Assembly: GCA_947588275.1 (NCBI GenBank)
Contig: CANPYJ010000002.1
Location: 2,216 to 66,215, forward strand
Source of the DNA: an uncultured Alphaproteobacteria bacterium
GTDB lineage: Bacteria > Pseudomonadota > Alphaproteobacteria > RF32 > CAG-239
Length of the DNA: 64,000 nucleotides
Reading direction: 5' to 3'
Notes under the pieces: model-generated
What the model saw: only the letters and a program-made list of their open reading frames with translations
What the model was told of the DNA's origin: nothing
Databases searched by the model: none
In this document: positions 20,503 through 27,647 of the stretch, piece by piece
Layout: the number at the start of each line of letters is the position of its first letter
Numbering within the stretch: the stretch's first letter is position 1
Translations under genes and position numbers: made by a program

Positions 20503-21567
20503 TTAATCAGTCAGCGTCGGCCACGGATAGTCGTCCGGATGAAATTCGTCAAACATTAAGGCGGCCATGTATTTGGCAATCAGGCGTTCGTTGAACAATT
20601 CGTGATATTTCTGCCAGCCTTTTTGCGCCGTCTGCATCCGCGCTTCGGGATTTTGGCGATAGAAGTCAATCAGGCGATACATGTCGTCTTCATCCTGATA
20701 AAAGGCAATTTCGTCTTTGGTAAACAAGTCGCCAAATCCGCTGCGAACGTCGATGATTGCCAAAGCTCCGTTGCCCATCAAATGCGCCATGCGGTCTGAA
20801 GAATACAAGTAATCGTGGTTGCTGCGGTTGAGGCACAGACCCATCGCCGCATTGGCAAAAACCCGTTGGTATTCGGCGCCGACCAAATTGTCGTCCATCG
20901 TGCGGGAAAACAAAACTTTGCGCATGTCAATATTTTGAGCCAAACGCGTCACAATGTCCGAAGTGCGCATCAGGCGGCCGGCAAATTCGCGAACACTGTT
21001 GGGAGAAGACGGAAAAACCAAGTCCCATTCGGGATCTTTGTATTGAAACGCAGTGCCTTTTTCAACCGATTTATCAACAGGGTTGGGAATAAATCCGACT
21101 TTGTGTTTCCGCGGTTCAAATTGCGCCAGCAAAGACTTGTCGGCAGTGGTTATCAGCGTGAAATCCACTAAGTCGATTTTAGACTTGATATGTTTGATGT
21201 TCTCGGGAACGATTTGCGGATTGATACAGTCAACATTCCATTGCAAAATTTTGGTCTCAGGCAGGACTTTTCTGATTTGCGCCAGAGTTTTCGGCGTAAT
21301 GATATCGGCATGCCCCAGAATAATTCCGTCGGGGCGGGTGTCGACACAATAGTCATAGAACAGGCGGTTGAAAGGCTTGAGACCCAATTGTTTCAGCCGG
21401 CCGAAAACAGAAAACGTCTTGGCAATATCGCGATCCGAAAAATCAAGAACATTGTGACCGTTGCGAATAAGTCCGTGTGAAAGTTTGTAGGGCGCAATGT
21501 TCATATAGCAGCCGCTGCGCTTGATGATGTTGAAATTGGTGCAATGAATGATTGTTTTGGGCGTCAT
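20503..21567 (-). CDS. glycosyltransferase, CgeB/Glyco_trans_1_2-like
   Basis: The C-terminal half (LCLNRSNHDYLYSSDRMAHLMGNGALAI...YRLIDFYRQNPEARMQTAQKGWQ) resembles CgeB-type GT-B enzymes. The family call is tentative. Confidence 0.5.
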   Translation of the reverse strand: MTPKTIIHCTNFNIIKRSGCYMNIAPYKLSHGLIRNGHNVLDFSDRDIAKTFSVFGRLKQLGLKPFNRLFYDYCVDTRPDGIILGHADIITPKTLAQIRKVLPETKILQWNVDCINPQIVPENIKHIKSKIDLVDFTLITTADKSLLAQFEPRKHKVGFIPNPVDKSVEKGTAFQYKDPEWDLVFPSSPNSVREFAGRLMRTSDIVTRLAQNIDMRKVLFSRTMDDNLVGAEYQRVFANAAMGLCLNRSNHDYLYSSDRMAHLMGNGALAIIDVRSGFGDLFTKDEIAFYQDEDDMYRLIDFYRQNPEARMQTAQKGWQKYHELFNERLIAKYMAALMFDEFHPDDYPWPTLTD

Positions 21568-21728
21568 GTTAGATTTCCTGAGATTTGTGCATAAGTTTAT
21601 TTAATAAGAGAAGACCGGCAGAATGAACAGATTTATCAAAGTTTTCCCCAAGTATTGGAAAAACGCCGCCGCTATGGGCAGGCTCTGTTTTTTTTGGTAA
21701 GCTCATAGTAACAGATATATAAAATATA

Positions 21729-21757
21729 TTGACGATGATGTTGTAAAATTATATATA
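21729..21757 (+). promoter_or_regulatory. sigma70-type promoter for the XRE regulator
   Basis: TTGACG (21729-21734), 17 nt, TATATA (21752-21757), followed by AGGAGGA and the ATG at 21793. Confidence 0.45.
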
Positions 21758-21792
21758 TACAATCAAGAGTTAACTACATCTCAGGAGGAAAC

Positions 21793-22308
21793 ATGAATAG
21801 ACAACGTAAAAACTCTTCTCGCGGCCGTACTCCGGTGGGTGGACCGAATCCGGTTGACGTGCATGTCGGCAATCGTATTCGTTTGCGCCGTACGCTGCTT
21901 GGCTTGAGCCAAGAGAAATTGGCAAGCATGCTTGGTCTTACGTTTCAGCAGGTGCAGAAATACGAGCGCGGTTTTAACCGTGTCGGCGCCAGCCGTTTGT
22001 GGGATATCGGCAATGTCTTGGAAGTTCCGATTAATTTCTTTTTTGAAGATATGGACAAGACGACGGCAAATCAATCTCCGCGAATGGTCAACACACCGGA
22101 CGACAATCTTAATTTTTTAAATGAGGACGATGCTCCGTATTCTTCTGATCCGATGCTGCGTGAAGAAACTTTGCAGCTTGTTCGCGCTTACTACAAAATT
22201 TCCGATCGGCGGTCCGCACATTATATTTTTCGGCTGTTGCTCAGCCTCTCCAAGACGGAATCTGAGTTGCTTGAAAAAGCAGATGAGGAAGACGACGAGA
22301 TTAAATAA
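21793..22308 (+). CDS. XRE-family helix-turn-helix transcriptional regulator
   Basis: HVGNRIRLRRTLLGLSQEKLASMLGLTFQQVQKYERGFNR is a classic Cro/C1 HTH. The C-terminal tail is acidic. Confidence 0.88.
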   Translation: MNRQRKNSSRGRTPVGGPNPVDVHVGNRIRLRRTLLGLSQEKLASMLGLTFQQVQKYERGFNRVGASRLWDIGNVLEVPINFFFEDMDKTTANQSPRMVNTPDDNLNFLNEDDAPYSSDPMLREETLQLVRAYYKISDRRSAHYIFRLLLSLSKTESELLEKADEEDDEIK

Positions 22309-22316
22309 ATTTGTCT

Positions 22317-22351
22317 CAAAAAAAGCGCCGGAATATTCCAGCGCTTTTTTG
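22317..22351. terminator. bidirectional terminator between the XRE gene and hydA
   Basis: AAAAAAAGCGCCGGAATATTCCAGCGCTTTTTT. Confidence 0.7.
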
Positions 22352-22365
22352 CACTTCTGCCAAAA

Positions 22366-24144
22366 TTAAGATTCTTTTTTGTTATAGCATTCACGAATAA
22401 AGTAATGCGTATGTAACAAATGGTGCGCTTTTTCGCCGCCAATCTCGCCCAAATACTCTTTATAAAGAGTTTTGACAGACTCGTTATGGTGAGACAAACG
22501 GTTTTGGGCGCACTCATCTTCGCACAACAGGCCGCGAGAACGCTTGCGGCGGATGTCGTCAGTGATGCCGCGCGGTTTCGACTGACCGGGCAGCATTACC
22601 CGCGGCTGACCGCCGCCGGAGATACAACCGCCGCGGCAGGCCATCACTTCCACAAACTGATACGGCAGAGGTTCGCCGGCCGCTTGTGCCGCCCGAATGC
22701 GGTCCAGCACAATCTGAATGTTGCCGCAGCCGTGGGCCACGGCAACTTTTACTTTCTGTCCCTTAATTTCGATTTCGGCTTCCTTGATGCCTTCAAGGCC
22801 TTCAATTTCCTTAAAGTTCAATTCACCAAGCTCTTCGCCGGTAATATAATAGTATGCCGTGCGCAATGCCGCCGTCATAACGCCGCCGGTGACACCGAAA
22901 ATCGTGCCGGCGCCGGAATATTCTCCCAACGGGCTGTCGGCTTCTTCCTCAGGCAGGCTGCGGAAATCAATGCCGGCCTGTTTAATCATGCGGCACAGCT
23001 CGCGCGTGGTCAGAGAGACGTCAATATCCTGATAGCCCGAGCAGCTCATATCTTTGCTGCGGACAATTTCCCACTTTTTGGCCGTGCAGGGCATAACTGA
23101 AACCACCCGCATTTTAGCCGGATCTATGGCCGCCTTTTCGGCATAATAGGTCTTGGCCAGCGCGCCGACCATCGATTGCGGTGATTTGCAGGTCGAGAAA
23201 TATTCAATCATATCATGCTGCGTTTTTTCGAGCATGTCCACCCAAGCCGGACAGCAAGACGTAAACATCGGCAGACTTTCCGGACTTTCGGTAAAGCGGC
23301 GGACAAACTCTGTGGCTTCTTCCACCACCGTCAGGTCAGCGCCGAAATTGGTGTCAAAAACGCGATCGAAGCCAAGCCGGCGCAGCGCCGCGTAGGTTTT
23401 TCCGGTGAGATTCTCGCCAAAGTCAAAACCAAATTCTTCGCCGATGGCCACTCTGACTGCCGGCGCAATTTGCACCACCGTGGTAATATTCGGATCGCGC
23501 AGCATTTCCCAGACTTTTTGCGTTTCGTCATATTCGACGATGGCGCCGGTCGGGCAGTGCGCCGAGCATTGGCCGCATTTGATGCACGGACTGTCAGCCA
23601 AGGGAATTCCGCCGGCAGCGGTTACCCGCGTGGCCAAACCGCGGTTCAGATAACTGAGTGCCCAAACATTCTGCTGGTTTTGGCAAACCTCGACGCAACG
23701 ACCGCAGATAATGCACTTTGAGGGATCCAAGACGATGGCTTTGGTTGATTCGTCTTTTTCCCATTTTTTGGTCAGATTCGGCAATTTAGCCGCCTCAATT
23801 CCAAATACGTTGGCCATGTCTTGCAATTCACAATGTCCGGAGCGGATGCAGGTGAGGCAGGCATTGGGATGATTGCTCAAAATCAACTCCAATACCGTAC
23901 GCCGCACATCCACAATTTCGGCATCTCCGGTTATGACCTGCATACCCTCGGCCACCGGCGTGCAGCATGAGCGCATGATGCGCCCGTTAACTTTGACAAT
24001 GCACATTCCGCAACCGGCCGACGGGTCGACATCCGGATGCTTGCACAAAGTCGGAATATCGATATGCGCCTGTCTGGCGGCATCCAGAATCGTGGTGCCG
24101 GCAGGTACTTCCACATCAAAATTATCAATTTTCAATTTTACCAT
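22366..24144 (-). CDS. hydA: [FeFe]-hydrogenase catalytic subunit (M3-type, group A)
   Basis: N-terminal 2Fe-2S domain, a His-ligated cluster motif HPNACLTCIRSGHC, and two ferredoxin motifs (CIICGRCVEVC, CIKCGQCSAHCP). H-cluster motifs FTSCCPAW, MPCTAKKWE and ACRGGCISGGGQP. Confidence 0.93.
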   Translation of the reverse strand: MVKLKIDNFDVEVPAGTTILDAARQAHIDIPTLCKHPDVDPSAGCGMCIVKVNGRIMRSCCTPVAEGMQVITGDAEIVDVRRTVLELILSNHPNACLTCIRSGHCELQDMANVFGIEAAKLPNLTKKWEKDESTKAIVLDPSKCIICGRCVEVCQNQQNVWALSYLNRGLATRVTAAGGIPLADSPCIKCGQCSAHCPTGAIVEYDETQKVWEMLRDPNITTVVQIAPAVRVAIGEEFGFDFGENLTGKTYAALRRLGFDRVFDTNFGADLTVVEEATEFVRRFTESPESLPMFTSCCPAWVDMLEKTQHDMIEYFSTCKSPQSMVGALAKTYYAEKAAIDPAKMRVVSVMPCTAKKWEIVRSKDMSCSGYQDIDVSLTTRELCRMIKQAGIDFRSLPEEEADSPLGEYSGAGTIFGVTGGVMTAALRTAYYYITGEELGELNFKEIEGLEGIKEAEIEIKGQKVKVAVAHGCGNIQIVLDRIRAAQAAGEPLPYQFVEVMACRGGCISGGGQPRVMLPGQSKPRGITDDIRRKRSRGLLCEDECAQNRLSHHNESVKTLYKEYLGEIGGEKAHHLLHTHYFIRECYNKKES

Positions 24145-24146
24145 AA

Positions 24147-25841
24147 TCAGTTCTCCCCGACTTGCGCAGGTTTTGCGTCAACCAGTTTATCCAAATATTC
24201 CTTTTCAAAGAATCGGAGCGTCGAAAGCACCGGATTCGGCGCGGTTTGTCCCAATCCGCACAGAGATGCCTTTTGCATGGCGGTGGCGATTCTCTTCAGA
24301 TTGTCCAAATCGGCTCTGGTGCCTCTGCCTTTTTTGATTTTTTCAAGCAAAAGCAACATTTGCTTGCCGCCGATTCGGCAAGGAGCACATTTGCCGCACG
24401 ATTCGTCAACCGTGAAATCAAGATAAAAGTCGGCGATGTTGACCATATCGGACGAATCGTCCATCACAATCATACCGCCCGATCCCATAATTGAGCCAAT
24501 CTTCTTGAGTTCGTCATAACACACCGGCAAGTCGAGTTTCTCGGCCGGAATAACGCCGCCCGACGGGCCGCCGGTCTGCACGGCTTTAAGCTTGCGTCCG
24601 TTGGGAACGCCGCCGCCGATTTCGTTGACAATCTCGTTGATGGTGGTTCCCATCGGAACTTCAATCAACCCCGAATGTTCAACTTGTCCGGTGAGCGCAA
24701 ACACTTTGGTGCCTTTGGACGTTTCGGTGCCGAAAGAAGAAAACCAGTCGGCGCCTTTGAGAATAATCTTGGCAATGTTGCCGAAAGTTTCCACGTTGTT
24801 TACGCAGGAGGGTTTGTCCCAAAGTCCGCGATCGGTCGGATAGGGCGGGCGCGGGCGCGGGGTGCCGCGTTTGCCTTCAATCGAATGAATAAGCGCGGTT
24901 TCTTCGCCGCAGACAAAAGCGCCGGCGCCAAGCCGCACTTCCATATTAAATGAAAAGTCCGTTCCCATAATGTTGTTGCCGAGCAGACGATTCTTTTTGC
25001 AGGCTTTGATGGCTTTTTCGAGTCGTTCGACCGCCAGCGGGTATTCGGCACGCACGTAAAACCATCCCTGAGTCGCGCCGATGGCATAAGCGGCAATCAT
25101 CATGCCCTCAATCACCGAATGCGGGTCGCCTTCCAGAATCGAACGATCCATATAAGCTCCGGGGTCGCCTTCGTCGCCGTTGCAAATGATAAACTTTTCA
25201 TCGATGGTCGGAACTTTGGCCGCCAACTCCCATTTCACGCCGGTGGGAAATCCGCCGCCGCCGCGTCCGCGCAGGCCGGAACGTTTGATTTCATCTACCA
25301 CTTGCGCCGGAGTCATGGTTTTGAGAACTTTTTCCAACGCCAGATATCCGCCACGGGCAATGTATTCTTGAATGTCTTCGGGATCCATGTGACCGGCGTC
25401 TTTGAGCACCACTTTTTCCTGTTTGGTAAAGAAGGGCAAATCCAAAGACAAAATATGTTCAGCCAAAAACGGCGGAATTTCAAAAGATTCGCCCTCGGAC
25501 AGCTTGAGCGCCGGAACAACATGCTCAGTGATAATCAGGCGCGCCACCAACGGTTCAATGCGCTTATACAAAATGTCTTTTTGTCCGTTGATTTCGACTC
25601 TGACCAAAGGCCCCTGAGCGCACAGCCCCATACAACCGGTGGCCACGACGCGGACGTCACCTTCCAAACCGTGCTCAACCACGGCCGCCTTGAGTAAATC
25701 AATAATATCATCGCTGCCCGAAGATTTGCAGCCGGTGGAGTGGCAGCAATAAATATTGCAGCGGAATCGTTGCAGTTCGGCCTGTTTGGCCTTGGCAATC
25801 TCGTGAATGTCAAATCTCTTGTCAATATCCGTATCGGCCAT
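24147..25841 (-). CDS. hydB: NuoF-like NAD(P)H-binding flavoprotein subunit of the hydrogenase
   Basis: N-terminal thioredoxin-like 2Fe-2S domain (CHSTGC...CMGLC), FMN/NADH region GRGGGGFPTG, and N3-type cluster ESCGKCAPCR...C. There is no C-terminal ferredoxin domain. Confidence 0.9.
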   Translation of the reverse strand: MADTDIDKRFDIHEIAKAKQAELQRFRCNIYCCHSTGCKSSGSDDIIDLLKAAVVEHGLEGDVRVVATGCMGLCAQGPLVRVEINGQKDILYKRIEPLVARLIITEHVVPALKLSEGESFEIPPFLAEHILSLDLPFFTKQEKVVLKDAGHMDPEDIQEYIARGGYLALEKVLKTMTPAQVVDEIKRSGLRGRGGGGFPTGVKWELAAKVPTIDEKFIICNGDEGDPGAYMDRSILEGDPHSVIEGMMIAAYAIGATQGWFYVRAEYPLAVERLEKAIKACKKNRLLGNNIMGTDFSFNMEVRLGAGAFVCGEETALIHSIEGKRGTPRPRPPYPTDRGLWDKPSCVNNVETFGNIAKIILKGADWFSSFGTETSKGTKVFALTGQVEHSGLIEVPMGTTINEIVNEIGGGVPNGRKLKAVQTGGPSGGVIPAEKLDLPVCYDELKKIGSIMGSGGMIVMDDSSDMVNIADFYLDFTVDESCGKCAPCRIGGKQMLLLLEKIKKGRGTRADLDNLKRIATAMQKASLCGLGQTAPNPVLSTLRFFEKEYLDKLVDAKPAQVGEN

Positions 25842-25845
25842 ATCG

Positions 25846-26325
25846 CTACTCCTCGTTCTTAAATTTTTCGCGCCATTCGTTCAAGATGCCGCGCACCTGA
25901 TCCGGCGTCATCCGGCCGTAAGTTTTGCCGTTGACCACGCACACCGGCGCCAAGCCGCAGCAACCGACGCAGCGCACGCTCTGCAAATGAAACATCCGGT
26001 CAGGAGTGCTTTCGCCTTCGCCGACGCCGAGTTCTTTTTTGAACTCTTCCAAAACTTTGTCATTGCCTTTGAGGTAGCAGGCCGTTCCGGTACAAACCGA
26101 AATCACCGCTTTTCCGGGGGCGTCAAGCTTGAAAAAATTGTAAAATGTCAAAACTTCGTAAATTCGTGCCAGCGGGATTCCCATTCCTTCGGCAATCGCG
26201 GTGGCGTCTTCCCACGGCACGTAGCCTTTTACGCCCTGAATCTCGTGCAGCGCCATAATCAGCGAGCCGCGCTTCTTATGCCACTTGGCCGCCACCTGGG
26301 CCGCCAGCGAATTGTTGTCCATCAA
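25846..26325 (-). CDS. hydC: NuoE-like [2Fe-2S] subunit of the hydrogenase
   Basis: 159 aa with the NuoE pattern CTGTACYLKG...VRCVGCCGLAP. Confidence 0.9.
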   Translation of the reverse strand: MMDNNSLAAQVAAKWHKKRGSLIMALHEIQGVKGYVPWEDATAIAEGMGIPLARIYEVLTFYNFFKLDAPGKAVISVCTGTACYLKGNDKVLEEFKKELGVGEGESTPDRMFHLQSVRCVGCCGLAPVCVVNGKTYGRMTPDQVRGILNEWREKFKNEE

Positions 26326-26359
26326 AATCTCCTTCTGTTAGGTGTTTGTTATACCGCAT

Positions 26360-26387
26360 ATCATATCGGATATTTTTTTGTGTTCAA
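26360..26387 (-). promoter_or_regulatory. candidate promoter of hydCBA
   Basis: On the minus strand: TTGAAC (26387-26382), 16 nt, TATGAT (26365-26360), then AAGGAG and the ATG at 26325. Confidence 0.4.
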
Positions 26388-26457
26388 GGATATTCGGCAA
26401 AGCCTCCCCGTCTTTTTTTCGCAAAATAAAATTAAAACAAATTTAAATATGTGCATT

Positions 26458-26480
26458 TTTTTTGCAATATATGCAAAAAA
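26458..26480. promoter_or_regulatory. perfect 9-bp inverted repeat in the hydC/lptF divergent region
   Basis: TTTTTTGCA-ATATA-TGCAAAAAA. This may be an operator, but its low complexity makes it uncertain. Confidence 0.25.
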
Positions 26481-26519
26481 TTTGTTTCTAAATCCGATAA
26501 TTTGGTTATAATCGCCTTT

Positions 26520-27647
26520 ATGAAAAAATTGAATCTGTATATTATACGGCAAATTTTAATCGGCTTTTTGTTGGTTTCGTTTTCTCTAATGTCCATCATT
26601 TGGCTTACGCAATCTTTGCGTTTTGTGGATTTGATAACCAACAAAGGCATTTCCGCCGGCATATTTGTCAAGCTTACGTCGCTGCTGATGCCGCGGATAT
26701 TCACGATTTTGTCGCCGGTGTCGGTTTTTGCCGCGGTTTTGTTTGTTTATAACCGCATGCTCTCGGATCGCGAGCTGGTGGTCATGAAAGCCGCCGGCAT
26801 CAGTCCGTGGCAAAATGCCAAGCCGGCCGTATTGTTCGGACTGGCAACGGCGATTTTGAGCTTCTATATCATCAATCAGACCATACCGCAGGCCGAAAAA
26901 GCCTTTAAAGACTTGCAGTGGCAAATTAAAAACGATGTTTCGCACCTGATGTTTCGCGAAGGCGAGTTTACGACGCTGCAACCCGGTCTGACCGTGTTTA
27001 TCACCTCTCATGAAGAAGACGGCGCCGTGAGCGGCATTCTGATAAACGATGAGCGCAATCCCAAAAGCCATTCGACCGTTTCGGCCGAGCTGGGGCGCAT
27101 CGTGCATACGGACAAAGGCCCCCGGATAATTCTGGTTCATGGCAATCGGCAGGAAATCAGCAATGTTAATCAGCAGTTCAGTTCAGTCTTGTTTGACCGC
27201 TATTCGGTTGATCTCGGCACCACGGAAACCAAAGCGCGCAAAGAAGCCGGTGCCCGCGAGCAGACTTTGACCGAATTGCTGACGGCCGGTTCCAATCCGG
27301 ATTTGGATGCCAAAGAAGCGCGGCGCTGGGTTGTGGAAGGGAACAAACGGTTTACGACGGCGCTTTTGAATGTCGTGTTTGCTTTGGTTGCCTGCACCGG
27401 ACTGCTGATAGGCAATTTTAACCGCCGCGGACAGATAAAAATCGTATCGCTCAGCGTTTCTGCCGCGGTTATTCTGCAGGCTTTGGACTTGGCGCTCGGA
27501 AATCTGGCGGTCAAACATTTGTCGTGGCTGGCGGTGATGTATTTGAATTTGCTGCTGCCGTTTGTCGGCTGCCTGTTTTTGCTGCGGTTTTATTCGCCGT
27601 CCATGCTGCGCCGCAAGAATCCGCGGCAGGGAGAGGCCGATGTGTAG
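26520..27647 (+). CDS. lptF: LPS export ABC permease LptF
   Basis: MKKLNLYIIRQILIGFLLVSFSL with YjgP/YjgQ architecture. Its stop overlaps the lptD start (ATGTGTAG). Confidence 0.8.
   Translation: MKKLNLYIIRQILIGFLLVSFSLMSIIWLTQSLRFVDLITNKGISAGIFVKLTSLLMPRIFTILSPVSVFAAVLFVYNRMLSDRELVVMKAAGISPWQNAKPAVLFGLATAILSFYIINQTIPQAEKAFKDLQWQIKNDVSHLMFREGEFTTLQPGLTVFITSHEEDGAVSGILINDERNPKSHSTVSAELGRIVHTDKGPRIILVHGNRQEISNVNQQFSSVLFDRYSVDLGTTETKARKEAGAREQTLTELLTAGSNPDLDAKEARRWVVEGNKRFTTALLNVVFALVACTGLLIGNFNRRGQIKIVSLSVSAAVILQALDLALGNLAVKHLSWLAVMYLNLLLPFVGCLFLLRFYSPSMLRRKNPRQGEADV

Noticed and set aside
27562-27639. The N-terminal extension MSAACFCCGFIRRPCCAARIRGRERP on the lptD ORF, as a possible frameshift or fusion with lptF.
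   Set aside because: An internal ATG at 27640 gives a normal signal peptide and an ATGTGTAG start/stop overlap with lptF. The extension is just the lptF 3' end read in another frame.
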